Source of the DNA: Paludibacteraceae bacterium
Lineage (GTDB): Bacteria; Bacteroidota; Bacteroidia; Bacteroidales; Paludibacteraceae
NCBI GenBank assembly: GCA_017457295.1
Contig: JAFTHS010000040.1
Coordinates: forward strand, 25,786-89,785
DNA: 64,000 nt
Direction: 5' to 3'
A model generated the notes under the pieces. That model was not told the origin of the DNA, searched no databases, and saw only the letters and a list, made by a program, of their open reading frames with translations. Positions 35,701-45,162 of the stretch are shown here, one piece after another. The position numbers and the translations under genes are program-made. Numbering within the stretch: the first letter of the stretch is position 1; the number at the start of each line of letters is the position of its first letter.

Positions 35701-36108
35701 TCTACTTCGGCATCCTCTGCCCGCAGCACTGTGGTGGGTATAGGCAACACGTTCTCCTACGCAGGCTATCAGGGCTCGTATGTACGCGCATTCATCACCA
35801 ATGTGTATGGCGAGACATGTACCCAACCTATCAGTTTTGCTGATGAGAAAACGGTGGACGTAGAGGATATACCAGTAGAGAATCGTTTAGCATTGCTGCT
35901 ATATCCTAATCCTGCTAATGCATATTTGAATGTGTTTATGAATGCTTACGAGCAAGAAGATATGATTCACATCTACGACACTAATGGTAAACTACTGATT
36001 ATTAAGCTAGTAGTTGGAGCTGTAACAATGGTGCCAGTACAATCCTTATCTTCAGGAATGTATATCGTGCGCGTTGGAGAACGCATTGGTAAATTTTTTA
36101 AGGAATAA
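32794..36108 (+). CDS. Secreted multidomain protein: CBM-like N-domain, esterase-D-like alpha/beta fold, central beta-rich region, PHP phosphoesterase-like domain, T9SS C-terminal domain
   Basis: Signal peptide; YPVTYMFGRHQ…GADVAGLFAF…FSPAFWY (esterase-like); FHTHT…LTDHDY…CDDAHN (PHP motifs); C-terminus LLLYPNPANAYLNV…GMYIVRVGERIGKFFKE. Confidence 0.7.
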   Translation: MKQRFSFLLIGICLAISSAIRADVTFRVNVPTGTTHCYVVGALPELSSWAAGAGVAMNKEEGKDQFTVTVAGITTADISASDGYKYICGPDWKYVEVTASNGEVSNRKTVGNPDVVARWRNTYTAVGIVENWTFAGKDYPVQILLPTNYDNTKQYPVTYMFGRHQRYRDAGSDTEMGDRILYSDSWGVAKSVAELEEQGFEVGIIAVIYAQLPEFTPWANEDFAGTGQADAFLKGFVEDFKPAFEQKYAISSDKSACTIMGADVAGLFAFYATMKHPELFGKCAMFSPAFWYNKYEMRDFIENERLTPTDSRFAFVQTSADTHWTTDEIDYYNQWLNNRGYLSYVLDVVGEHDDRTWGLVFGEVVQGPPSAVPTMGARRVNAQNQTTDYTAHTWYFMKGEGTTSLTCDGTPTQKGNFYRDGKTPTAAQMIVKEIPVDKKKYSYYWNLNSGSNCDGDLLMTTPKDIGFKDSRKTTSWQRVAVFADGSYEQSAASSEHFKVNGTTMTKGSNYELSASISLTDDKTVSVHYGSVNSGSDMGELVSTTVSANCLKANVRYSYLTNQLTVEETAWGSSDIDLEYFKVEPAVVHPGTPVKMSVKIANKNGYNVHFRMNHNNQPSSAITLSKGSNGEEFYTISSPESGIYGFYLDIELNGTTTKAHRAVYVKVVDGQTINTAISNNPYADIDWATINQFKGNFHTHTTQSNDASDGFTTAYVVDRYHAAGYKILSLTDHDYNPYPWELFPQYMSTIPARDPAALGMLAVPGNELSKDNTNSWSERTGGQFNHHNDFFTGRQGQEFASLQESYAYTYALGGMQIINHPGQYWSIDNTYSETQKDGPGWHANNFLTFPSLIGLEVYNQGNRRPNDRILWDQILQRTMPHRPVYGYSCDDAHNNDQLFRNYNFMLMEELTTDELKDAMRKGESYFCYEPAGTGEGKAPRISNISVDEINKTITIAANGLVHWIYATDKTSTSASSARSTVVGIGNTFSYAGYQGSYVRAFITNVYGETCTQPISFADEKTVDVEDIPVENRLALLLYPNPANAYLNVFMNAYEQEDMIHIYDTNGKLLIIKLVVGAVTMVPVQSLSSGMYIVRVGERIGKFFKE

Positions 36109-36186
36109 GCATCATTCTTGGCATACTTTTTGCAGAAAGAATAGCGAAAGAATTAATATATTTATAAACTAAAAAACAATTATTAT

Positions 36187-36348
36187 ATGAAAAAGTATAT
36201 ATGTGATGTATGCGGTTGGGAATATGATCCAACAGTAGGTGTAGAAGAAGCGGGAATTGTTCCTGGCACAGCATGGGAAGATGTACCTGCAGACTTTGTT
36301 TGCCCACTCTGCGGAGTAGGAAAAGATGAGTTTTCAGTAGCAGAATAG
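36187..36348 (+). CDS. Rubredoxin
   Basis: 53 aa, not in the ORF track: [53 protein letters not shown], with CxxC…CPxC iron ligands and WxYDP. Confidence 0.92.
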   Translation: MKKYICDVCGWEYDPTVGVEEAGIVPGTAWEDVPADFVCPLCGVGKDEFSVAE

Positions 36349-36384
36349 GCATTCCTCTATCCTTTCCTAGGAGGTATAAATTAA

Positions 36385-37659
36385 GTGAAAATTCACTTTA
36401 GCACATTAGGATGCAAACTTAACTTTGCTGAGAGTAGCGCTCTCGGCAAAGTGCTTTTGTCACGTGGACATCAACGTGCTTCACAGAACGAAGTACCAGA
36501 CGTATGCGTAATCAATACTTGCTCTGTCACCGATGCTGCAGACCACAAGGATCGCCAAGCAATCAATCAACTGCATCGCAAATACCCTAATGCCATTATT
36601 ATCGTGACTGGCTGCTATGCTCAATTACAACCGCAGCAGATTGCAAATATCGAAGGTGTAGATTATATATTAGGGCAAAACGAGAAATACGATATCCCCA
36701 CCCTCATAGACGAGATAGAACAACGCTGCCATACCTCTTGCACAGCAAGTAGCAAAATTCGTGTAGCATCAATTCGTGAAATAGACGAATTTCATGGAGT
36801 ACGCTCGGGAGATGATCGTACGCGCTGTTTTATCAAAGTACAAGACGGATGCAATTATTTCTGCACCTACTGCACCATTCCTTATGCACGAGGCAAATCA
36901 CGCAACCCTAAGATATCAGAAGTGCTACAAAATGCACAAGAAGCTATCAATCAAGGTGCCAAAGAATTGATCCTGACAGGAGTAAACATTGGTGACTTCG
37001 GACGAAGCACAGAAGAGACATTTGCAGATTTAATCAAGGCCATTGATGCACTCTCTGGCGATTTTCGAGTGCGAATTTCATCATGCGAGCCCAACTTATT
37101 GACCGATGAAATCATTGATTTTGTAGCACAATCCCAGCATTTTGCTCCGCACTTCCATATTCCATTACAATCTGGCAGCAACGAAGTGTTGCAAATCATG
37201 AAACGCCGCTACACACGCGAACTATTTGCAGATCGCGTAAAGCACATCCGTCAGGTGATGCCACATGCTTTCATCGGTGTGGATTGTATGGTTGGAGTTC
37301 GAGGTGAAACTGCCTCTTATTGGGAAGACTACCTATCATTTATCAAGCAATTAGATGTAAGCCAACTACATGTATTCACCTATTCAGAACGGGCAAATAC
37401 CCGCATGCTAGAAATGCCTTTGCACATAGTGCCAAAAGCAGAACGCCAACGCCGAAGCAAGATCCTGCATGAAGTATCCGAAGAGAAAACCAAGGCATTC
37501 TATGCTAAATACGCACATAGAAAAGCAGTAGTACTATGGGAATCTAAAAAAGAAGGCGACCAAATGGCAGGTTTCACCGACAACTATATCAAAGTGTATC
37601 GACCATACGATAAAAGCAAGATCAATACTTTTGAAACAATAAATTCGGCAGAAAAATAA
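36385..37659 (+). CDS. mtaB: tRNA (t6A37) methylthiotransferase MtaB (radical SAM, MiaB-like)
   Basis: UPF0004 N-domain (TLGCKLNFAES, NTCSVT), radical SAM CNYFCTYCTIP, TRAM-like C-terminus; GTG start. Confidence 0.85.
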   Translation: MKIHFSTLGCKLNFAESSALGKVLLSRGHQRASQNEVPDVCVINTCSVTDAADHKDRQAINQLHRKYPNAIIIVTGCYAQLQPQQIANIEGVDYILGQNEKYDIPTLIDEIEQRCHTSCTASSKIRVASIREIDEFHGVRSGDDRTRCFIKVQDGCNYFCTYCTIPYARGKSRNPKISEVLQNAQEAINQGAKELILTGVNIGDFGRSTEETFADLIKAIDALSGDFRVRISSCEPNLLTDEIIDFVAQSQHFAPHFHIPLQSGSNEVLQIMKRRYTRELFADRVKHIRQVMPHAFIGVDCMVGVRGETASYWEDYLSFIKQLDVSQLHVFTYSERANTRMLEMPLHIVPKAERQRRSKILHEVSEEKTKAFYAKYAHRKAVVLWESKKEGDQMAGFTDNYIKVYRPYDKSKINTFETINSAEK

Positions 37660-37771
37660 CTTTTTTCTGCAAAAACCTTGCATATGTGCAATTTTTGTTG
37701 TACTTTTGCAGTGTCTTTGCATTGACTAGCAAAGATTTTCCCCAAATTATAAGAAATTTATTACACATTTT

Positions 37772-39829
37772 ATGCAATACGACATGCGAAAACTCGAGCG
37801 TATGACGCTCGAACAGTTGACGGAAATTGCACAAACGTTCAATATCAAGGTTGGACGCAATGATGCTGCGCAATCCGTTATTTACCAGATTTTAGATGCT
37901 CAAGCTGACAAACATGGTGCCGAAGTCCAAGCCCGTGCAGATGCACGCGAGGAGAAGCGCAAAGGCAAACGTGCACGAATTCAGAATGGTCCACAAAAAG
38001 TTAATACCGATAACCTCAAAAGCAATCGTGTATTAGCTACTGTAGGCAGCAAGGAAGAGACACTAGGGCTAATCAAGGAAGAACAATCTAAGCAACCAAT
38101 ACCTAAACCAGTGATATCTGCTGTTCAACCATCGCTGTTTGAGATGGCTACAGCTCAACAGCCAGAACAACCATCTCCAGATGTGCAACCAACTGAGGAA
38201 GCAAAGGATGAACCCACAGCTAAAAAGAAACGTGAGCGTAAAACCAAAGAGGCAAAGCACCCCGTAGCAGAAGTTGTAAGCGAAACAGCAGAGCCTATTA
38301 CGCCAGCAGCAGACACTGCATCCTCTGTAGAAGAACCTGCTACCAAACCACACGAGAAGAAACGCGGACGTCCAAAGAAAGAAAAAGCAGTTGCAACGAC
38401 CGCAGCATCGGAGAAAAATGAAGCAACCCCTGAAGAGGTAGGGCTACAGGAGAATGTAGCAACAACACAAGAAGAAACGCCTGCACAGACTCCTAATCCG
38501 CACACACCAAGCCGCAAAAACGAGACTAAAGAAGAACGCCAAGCACGTGTAAATGCTCGTATCGCACAAATCACTCAGCAGATAGCTAAACGCGAAGAAC
38601 AAATCGCTAACGGTGAAGAAATCACTCCTATCAATGAGAAGCCACAACCTAAAGTCGTACTTTCTCCCGAAGAGGAGATGCTCAACAAAGGTGTAGAAGC
38701 ATTTGGCGACACGATTACGGCTATCGGCACATTAGAGTGCGCACCTGATGGCTATGGATTCTTGCGTAGTGCAGACTACAACTATATCTCTTCGCCAGAT
38801 GATATTTATGTATCACAACAACAAATCCGCCAATATAGTCTTAAAACAGGCGACACTGTGGAATGTACTATCCGTCCTCCAAAAGAGGCAGACAAGTATT
38901 TCCCCATGAAAGAGGTAGTGCGTATCAATGGTATCTCTCCTGCATTAGCAAAAGAGCGTATCGCATTCGAGAACCTTACACCATTATTCCCTGATGAGAA
39001 GTTCAAATTATGTAAGGGCGACAAAAGCGACCCATTATCGGTACGCATCATCGACTTCTTTGCACCTATTGGCAAAGGACAACGTGGCTTGATTGTCGCA
39101 CAACCTAAGACCGGTAAGACCGTCTTGCTCAAAGATATCGCCAACGCAATTGCAGCCAACCACCCAGAAGTATATATGATTGTACTGCTGATCGATGAGC
39201 GTCCAGAGGAGGTAACCGACATGGCACGTTCTGTAAATGCAGAAGTTATTGCCTCAACCTTTGACGAACCAGCAGAGAATCATGTGAAAGTAGCAAACAT
39301 CGTGCATGAGAAAGCAAAACGATTGGTAGAATGCGGACACGACGTGGTTATATTATTAGATAGCATCACGCGCCTTGCGCGCGCATATAATACGGTAGCA
39401 CCTGCTAGCGGAAAAGTGTTATCCGGTGGTGTAGAGGCACAGGCATTGCACAAGCCCAAACGCTTCTTTGGTGCTGCCCGTAATATTGAGAATGGTGGTA
39501 GTTTGACCATCATCGCTACTGCCTTGACCGAGACTGGAAGCAAGATGGATGATGTAATCTTTGAGGAGTTTAAAGGCACAGGTAACATGGAATTGCAACT
39601 CGACCGTAAACTCAGCAACAAACGCATCTTCCCTGCCGTTGATATAGCGGCATCTTCTACTCGCCGCGACGACCTGCTGGTTCCTGCGGATGTACTGAGC
39701 CGAATGTGGATGATCCGCAAGGAGTTGACAGACATGAACAGCATAGAGGCAATGGAGAAACTCAAGACTTACATGGAGCGCACGAACGACAACGATGAGT
39801 TTCTATTGTCGGTAACAGGTATCAGATAA
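37772..39829 (+). CDS. rho: Transcription termination factor Rho with ~270-aa low-complexity N-terminal insertion
   Basis: Rho_N helix bundle, K/E/P/A/T-rich insertion, CSD GYGFLR, Walker [10 protein letters not shown]-terminal ATPase. Confidence 0.95.
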   Translation: MQYDMRKLERMTLEQLTEIAQTFNIKVGRNDAAQSVIYQILDAQADKHGAEVQARADAREEKRKGKRARIQNGPQKVNTDNLKSNRVLATVGSKEETLGLIKEEQSKQPIPKPVISAVQPSLFEMATAQQPEQPSPDVQPTEEAKDEPTAKKKRERKTKEAKHPVAEVVSETAEPITPAADTASSVEEPATKPHEKKRGRPKKEKAVATTAASEKNEATPEEVGLQENVATTQEETPAQTPNPHTPSRKNETKEERQARVNARIAQITQQIAKREEQIANGEEITPINEKPQPKVVLSPEEEMLNKGVEAFGDTITAIGTLECAPDGYGFLRSADYNYISSPDDIYVSQQQIRQYSLKTGDTVECTIRPPKEADKYFPMKEVVRINGISPALAKERIAFENLTPLFPDEKFKLCKGDKSDPLSVRIIDFFAPIGKGQRGLIVAQPKTGKTVLLKDIANAIAANHPEVYMIVLLIDERPEEVTDMARSVNAEVIASTFDEPAENHVKVANIVHEKAKRLVECGHDVVILLDSITRLARAYNTVAPASGKVLSGGVEAQALHKPKRFFGAARNIENGGSLTIIATALTETGSKMDDVIFEEFKGTGNMELQLDRKLSNKRIFPAVDIAASSTRRDDLLVPADVLSRMWMIRKELTDMNSIEAMEKLKTYMERTNDNDEFLLSVTGIR

Positions 39830-39900
39830 AAGTGTCGTAAGGTTCCAATGAGATTTCAATCAGGTTCCAATGGAGGCACGAGGCAAATAGGAGGGAGCAT

Positions 39901-40344
39901 ATGCGCATTGCTATTATCAATGGTCCAAACTTAAATATACTAGGCAGACGCGAGCCAAATATCTACGGCACTCGCTCAATGGAGCAAGTGCTAGTAGATC
40001 TTCAGCGTATTTATCCCGACGTATATTTAGTATATCATCAGTCTAACCATGAAGGCGACTTAATTGATTGGATACAGCAATATGGATTGTTATCTATGCA
40101 TAATACACCATACAACGGTATTGTACTCAATGCAGGCGGGTATACACATACAAGTATAGCATTGCGCGATGCGGTGGCGTGCAGTCGGGTGCCTGTAGTG
40201 GAAATGCACATATCAAATATTGCAGAACGTGAGAGCTTTAGACACATTAGCCTACTCACAGATGTATGCCAACATACCATTATGGGACATGGCATTGAAG
40301 GCTATCAAGAAGCAGTGGATTGGATTATCAAACACACCAAATGA
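39901..40344 (+). CDS. aroQ: 3-dehydroquinate dehydratase, type II
   Basis: IINGPNLNILGRREPNIYG, HQSNHEG, HISNIAERESFR. Confidence 0.93.
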   Translation: MRIAIINGPNLNILGRREPNIYGTRSMEQVLVDLQRIYPDVYLVYHQSNHEGDLIDWIQQYGLLSMHNTPYNGIVLNAGGYTHTSIALRDAVACSRVPVVEMHISNIAERESFRHISLLTDVCQHTIMGHGIEGYQEAVDWIIKHTK

Positions 40345-41108
40345 AAAGACGCAACTGGTCATATTGTATCATTGGACTAGTGCTGCTATGGGGAAATATC
40401 TGCATAGGAAAAGCGCAAAACAATCCATATGTGGACGACAAATTGTTTCACTATGGTTTTTCTTTGGGAGTATCTTATCTCACTTACGGCGTTACCGAGT
40501 TGGATAGTATCACACAAGTAGCCACACAAGGCACTGTTTACCATGCGCGTACCTCTGCACCAGGCATTGGTTTCACCATTGGCGGCCTAATCGACTTGCG
40601 CTTGGCTCGCTACTTAAATCTACGTTTCTGCCCTAGTCTAAGTTTTGATACGCGAACTATCACATACCTACACGATAGTATTCCTATTGACGAAATAAAG
40701 GGAGTAGATTGCCTGAATAATCAACCTACGATACAAACTATCCCAATCAGCCTTCCATTATACCTAAAGTGGTCCGCAGCACGGGAAGTGAATTACCGTC
40801 CGTATCTAATCGCAGGTGGTGGTGTCAGTTATAGCGTATCTTTTAAGAAAGATGTGGTAATCTATCCTAATCCCCTTGATTATTTCGTGGAAGTGGGCTT
40901 TGGATGCGATTTCTATTTCCGATGGTTCAAACTATGTCCTGAAATAAAATATCGTTTGGGCTTCAACAATGTACTAACCTCGCTACCCACGGGTATTGAT
41001 CCTGCCAATGACAAGGCATGGAATCCTAGTGAACAAGACCATTTTTATACCAATTCCCTGTCTAGTTTGAGAAATCAGCAAATATCACTCATATTCCACT
41101 TTGAATAA
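40341..41108 (+). CDS. Outer-membrane beta-barrel protein (PorT/OMP_b-brl_2-like, tentative)
   Basis: Signal peptide MKRRNWSYCIIGLVLLWGNICIGKAQ, alternating beta-strand pattern, C-terminal LIFHFE. The start at 40341 forms an ATGA overlap with the aroQ stop. Confidence 0.55.
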   Translation: MKRRNWSYCIIGLVLLWGNICIGKAQNNPYVDDKLFHYGFSLGVSYLTYGVTELDSITQVATQGTVYHARTSAPGIGFTIGGLIDLRLARYLNLRFCPSLSFDTRTITYLHDSIPIDEIKGVDCLNNQPTIQTIPISLPLYLKWSAAREVNYRPYLIAGGGVSYSVSFKKDVVIYPNPLDYFVEVGFGCDFYFRWFKLCPEIKYRLGFNNVLTSLPTGIDPANDKAWNPSEQDHFYTNSLSSLRNQQISLIFHFE

Positions 41109-41131
41109 GAATTTGAAAAGGTAAATAGAAC

Positions 41132-42598
41132 ATGCTTCGATTAAAACAATACATATTATTATTGTTCCTTCCTTTAGCTATCATCTCTTGTCAAGAAGAT
41201 ATACTATCGGATGACCCTACTTTGCGCCTGACATTCTCGCATGACTCCTTGTTGTTTGACACCGTCTTCACCAAGATGGGATCATCCACCAAGCGAATGA
41301 TGGTATATAATCCTCACAACAATGCCATCCTAATCAACAGAGTAGAAATGGCAAACGGACAATCATTCTTCATCAACCTAGATGGTGAGAATCAGCTTGA
41401 GAATCTACGTGATATCACATTGAGGGGAGGAGATAGTTTATTTCTTTTCGTTCGTGCAGAAATTGACCCACAGAAAACCAGTAGTCCTTTAGTAGAAGAT
41501 ACTATCACATTCTATGTGAGCAATCAACCGCAGCATATCTATCTGCAGGCATATGGCCAAAATGTGGAAATTATCCGTAGCGAGGAGAAGTTTGTACAAT
41601 GCAATCATTTGAATTTGAAAAATACAAAGCCCTACTTGATATATGATACGTTGGTGGTAGTAGGCAATCTGACTATTCAGCGTGGAACAACGCTATATAT
41701 GCACTCTGGTTCGGTGATTTATGCTTATGGCAACGTAATAGCAGAAGGCACCAAGGAAGAACCTATCATCATTCGAGGTGATCGCACCGACATGCTATTC
41801 GACTCAGTGCCATACCGAGTGGCCTCAGGGCAATGGAATGGATTATATTTAATCCATCCTAAAGGATGGGCTACACCTCGATATAGCATCAATCATACCG
41901 ATATACTTTCGGGGTCTATCGGCTTATACGCTCTTTCAGAAGAAATGGAGCAGCGTCCTACCATGTCGCTTACCAATGCCCGAATTCATAATCATTCTTT
42001 ATATGGATTGGTATTGCAGAATATCGATGCTACTGTGGTAAATTGCGAGATTAGCAACTGTGCCTCCTACTGCGTATATCTATCGGGAGGAAAGCACACT
42101 TTTGTGCATAATACTATTGCATCTTATTTTGGTTTCCCATATACCACTATCAATATTCATAACAATATTCTAGCAGAAGATGTAGCAGCATTGTATATCA
42201 ACAACCTAAGCAAAAATATGGCTCCCACAGCAGCTTCATTCCACAATTGCATTATCACTGGCGCACGCAAAAACAATGTAGTGGTAGCTACTCCACTAAC
42301 CAATCACTACGAAGGCACCTTCTCTGGCAACTACCTACGCGCCGATTCGCTACCAGAAGCTTTTGCTCGAAATAATATATATGCAAGCGATTCGGATAGT
42401 GTAGTATTCCGCAATATTTATTATTTGTACCGCGAATACCACTACTACGATTTTAGATTAGACTCCTTATCACCTGCACGTGGTGTAGCAGATTCCATAA
42501 TTTCACTATCCTATCCATACGATCGCATAGGTACTCGCCGCAAGACTCATCCCGATGCAGGATGCTACGAATATATAGAAGAAGCAACGTCAAATTAG
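41132..42598 (+). CDS. Hypothetical lipoprotein with probable right-handed beta-helix repeats
   Basis: Lipobox LAIISCQ; repeated N/G-x-I/V turns (NCEISNC, HNTIASY, FHNCIITG). Confidence 0.5.
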   Translation: MLRLKQYILLLFLPLAIISCQEDILSDDPTLRLTFSHDSLLFDTVFTKMGSSTKRMMVYNPHNNAILINRVEMANGQSFFINLDGENQLENLRDITLRGGDSLFLFVRAEIDPQKTSSPLVEDTITFYVSNQPQHIYLQAYGQNVEIIRSEEKFVQCNHLNLKNTKPYLIYDTLVVVGNLTIQRGTTLYMHSGSVIYAYGNVIAEGTKEEPIIIRGDRTDMLFDSVPYRVASGQWNGLYLIHPKGWATPRYSINHTDILSGSIGLYALSEEMEQRPTMSLTNARIHNHSLYGLVLQNIDATVVNCEISNCASYCVYLSGGKHTFVHNTIASYFGFPYTTINIHNNILAEDVAALYINNLSKNMAPTAASFHNCIITGARKNNVVVATPLTNHYEGTFSGNYLRADSLPEAFARNNIYASDSDSVVFRNIYYLYREYHYYDFRLDSLSPARGVADSIISLSYPYDRIGTRRKTHPDAGCYEYIEEATSN

Positions 42599-42659
42599 GC
42601 AAGACACATACTCTCATCTACCTAAAATCATCAACAATTTGGCTTTTTTTCTAAAAAAA

Positions 42660-42691
42660 TTTGGTAGATTGAGAAAAAAGCAGTACCTTTG
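42660..42691 (+). promoter_or_regulatory. Bacteroidetes-type promoter upstream of rpmH (-33 TTTG, -7 TACCTTTG)
   Basis: TTTG at 42660-42663 and TAnnTTTG at 42684-42691 with a 20-nt spacer. Confidence 0.5.
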
Positions 42692-42754
42692 CATGCTTTT
42701 TCGCGCAAATTATAAACTCGCCCCATAGATTGGGCCTAAAATAAAGATAAAACA

Positions 42755-42913
42755 ATGAAACGTACATTCCAACCAAGCCAACGTCGCCGCCGTAACAAAC
42801 ATGGCTTCCGTGCCCGTATGGCAACTGCAAATGGTCGCCGTGTATTGGCAGCACGTCGTGCACACGGTCGTAAAAAATTAACCGTAGCAGACGAAGGTCG
42901 TCACAAACGCTAA
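42755..42913 (+). CDS. rpmH: 50S ribosomal protein L34
   Basis: 52 aa, not in the ORF track: [52 protein letters not shown]. Confidence 0.95.
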   Translation: MKRTFQPSQRRRRNKHGFRARMATANGRRVLAARRAHGRKKLTVADEGRHKR

Positions 42914-42959
42914 TCAACGGTTAGAGTTCCTTAGGGGCATTTCCTAAGGCATAAGCATT

Positions 42960-42987
42960 GGGAAAAGATATACTCTTTTCCCTTATT
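42960..42987 (+). terminator. Hairpin terminator after rpmH
   Basis: 8-bp stem gggaaaag / cttttccc followed by ttattg. A second 7-bp hairpin (ccttagg / cctaagg) lies at 42929-42949. Confidence 0.5.
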
Positions 42988-43009
42988 GTGTTATAATAAA
43001 ACATCGTAT

Positions 43010-43345
43010 ATGGAAAATACACGACAACAAAAGATTGAACGCTTGATACAAAAGGATCTGAGCGACATTTTTTTAAGATACGCGCGCGCGTTACGCGGTA
43101 CCTTGATATCCGTCAGTGAGGTGCGAATATCACCCGACTTGAGCATCGCGCATGTCTATCTAAGCATTTTTCCACAAGATAAAGTGGCTTTCACTATCGC
43201 TCAAGTGCAAGAGGATACTGGTAAGATTCGTGGTGAATTAGGACGCTTGGAGCGTCATCAACTGCGTGTCATACCTGAATTGCATTTCCATCTCGACGAA
43301 ACAATTGAGCGTATGGAACGCATTGACGAACTGCTAAAGCAATAA
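43010..43345 (+). CDS. rbfA: Ribosome-binding factor A
   Basis: MENTRQQKIERLIQKDLSDIF…VSEVRISPDLSIAHVYLS…LR.IPEL.F. ATG at 43010 preferred over the TTG at 42986. Confidence 0.88.
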   Translation: MENTRQQKIERLIQKDLSDIFLRYARALRGTLISVSEVRISPDLSIAHVYLSIFPQDKVAFTIAQVQEDTGKIRGELGRLERHQLRVIPELHFHLDETIERMERIDELLKQ

Positions 43346-43394
43346 GTAGTAAAAGTAGCGGGCAATCCATTAAAGTAGTAATAGAAGCACCAGC

Positions 43395-44606
43395 ATGAAG
43401 ACCGAACTGAAAATAGCATGGCGGTATCTATTTGCTAAAAAGCAATACAATGCCATACATATCATTTCTGGTATCAGTGCCGCAGCAATAGGAGTAGTCA
43501 CTGCGGCTATGGTGTGCGTGCTCAGCGTGATGAATGGTTTCGGAACCATGGTAGAGCAAATGTTTTCTCTGTTCGACCCCGATATCCGCATTACCGCCAA
43601 TACAGGCAAATCATTCTACGACCAAGGCGATGCTTTTCTTGCACTGCGTGAATTGCCATGTGTAGATATCATTAGCCAAAGCATTGAAGAAACGGCTCTT
43701 CTTCAATTCGAGGATAAGCAAATGCCCGTTCGATTGCATGGTGTAGACTCTGTATTTAGTCAACTTACTCATATTGATAGTATCATCACCGATGGGTATT
43801 ACACTGTAAACGATGGAGCTTTTGACCGAGCGGTACTAGGTGTTGGATTGGCAGCGCAAATGGGCATTGGCGCTCGATTCGTGAGTCCATTGCATTTGTA
43901 TGCTCCCAAGCGTAATGCCAAAGTGAATATGCTGCGTCCAGATCAAAGTTTCAATGATGAAGTATGTTACATCGCAGGTACATTTGCCGTACAACAAGCC
44001 ACCTACGACGAGGAAGTTATGTTGGTAGATATAGACCTAACACGCAGGTTACTTGATTATCGCTGCAATGAGATAACCGCATTGCAGGTAAAATTATCAC
44101 CTAACACATCCGTTCGTCAGGCAAAAAAAGATATTCAGCAGATTCTTGGAGATGAATTCAACATTGCAGACCGATACGAACAGCATCAAGATTTTTATCG
44201 CTTGCTACATATAGAGAAACTGCTTACTGCCTTATTGTTGGTTTTTATTTTACTCATTGCTTCGTTCAATATTGTTGGTTCGTTGACTATGCTGATAGTG
44301 GATAAGCAATCCGACATACGCACTCTCAGTCACTTGGGTGCGAGCAAGCAGATGATTCAACGCATATTCCTCTTTGAGGGGTGGTTGATATCTTCGTTGG
44401 GTGCGGGTATTGGTTTGATTATCGGTCTGATGGTTTGCTTGATACAGGAGCACTTTGGACTACTCAAACTGGGTAATGGTACCGAATATGTGCTATCGGC
44501 CTATCCTGTCACAGTACAAGCCACCGACATTGTACTTGCGTCTCTGATTGTGCTTTCGTTAGGAGCTATAGCGGCTTGGATACCCGCTAAAAGAATTAAG
44601 TATTAA
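43395..44606 (+). CDS. FtsX-like ABC transporter permease (LolC/LolE family)
   Basis: 403 aa: N-terminal TM, large periplasmic loop, three C-terminal TMs, start MKTELKIAWRYLFAKK. Confidence 0.8.
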   Translation: MKTELKIAWRYLFAKKQYNAIHIISGISAAAIGVVTAAMVCVLSVMNGFGTMVEQMFSLFDPDIRITANTGKSFYDQGDAFLALRELPCVDIISQSIEETALLQFEDKQMPVRLHGVDSVFSQLTHIDSIITDGYYTVNDGAFDRAVLGVGLAAQMGIGARFVSPLHLYAPKRNAKVNMLRPDQSFNDEVCYIAGTFAVQQATYDEEVMLVDIDLTRRLLDYRCNEITALQVKLSPNTSVRQAKKDIQQILGDEFNIADRYEQHQDFYRLLHIEKLLTALLLVFILLIASFNIVGSLTMLIVDKQSDIRTLSHLGASKQMIQRIFLFEGWLISSLGAGIGLIIGLMVCLIQEHFGLLKLGNGTEYVLSAYPVTVQATDIVLASLIVLSLGAIAAWIPAKRIKY

Positions 44607-44628
44607 ATATAGGGAATTGATTACATAT

Positions 44629-45162
44629 ATGAAGCATATCCTACATATATTACCACTACTGCTATTATTGGCATCATGCCATTCTCCACATCATTCTAAT
44701 ATGCCTAATGAGTTGGCATACGATAGCGTATATACAATAGCTGATTTACAATGGCATAAGCAATACTACCCCACCCTTGATCAGCAAGTATTTTCTGTGG
44801 ACCTACTTACTGATGGATTGGCTTTTGACTCTGCTTATCATATCACGGGTACAGGCTTGAACCTGTTTTTCTCTGATATTTTTCTCCCTCTGACCGATAG
44901 TCTACTGACTGAGGGAGCGTATTGTATGGATACTACTGCATCGTCTTACACCTTTCTTCCCTATATGAATTTCGATGGGAACATTACAGGTTGCTATATG
45001 CTTGATATACAAGAAAGCAGCATCAAACGCATTATTGGCTTCACAAGTGGAGAGTTTGAAATCCACTACGTAGACAATGACATACAAATGGACATTACGC
45101 TTTACCAAGCTGACTCCACATGCTATCGTGCCGTATATCAAGGTCCTTGCATATATCGATGA
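44629..45162 (+). CDS. Hypothetical lipoprotein
   Basis: MKHILHILPLLLLLASC lipobox. ATG at 44629 preferred over the TTG at 44617. Stop overlaps the xerD start (ATGA). Confidence 0.5.
   Translation: MKHILHILPLLLLLASCHSPHHSNMPNELAYDSVYTIADLQWHKQYYPTLDQQVFSVDLLTDGLAFDSAYHITGTGLNLFFSDIFLPLTDSLLTEGAYCMDTTASSYTFLPYMNFDGNITGCYMLDIQESSIKRIIGFTSGEFEIHYVDNDIQMDITLYQADSTCYRAVYQGPCIYR

Noticed and set aside
36098-36352. 84-aa minus-strand ORF
   Set aside because: The opposite strand encodes a perfect rubredoxin. The listed ORF is its antisense.
42651-42917. 88-aa minus-strand ORF
   Set aside because: The opposite strand encodes ribosomal protein L34 with its own consensus promoter. The listed ORF is its antisense.
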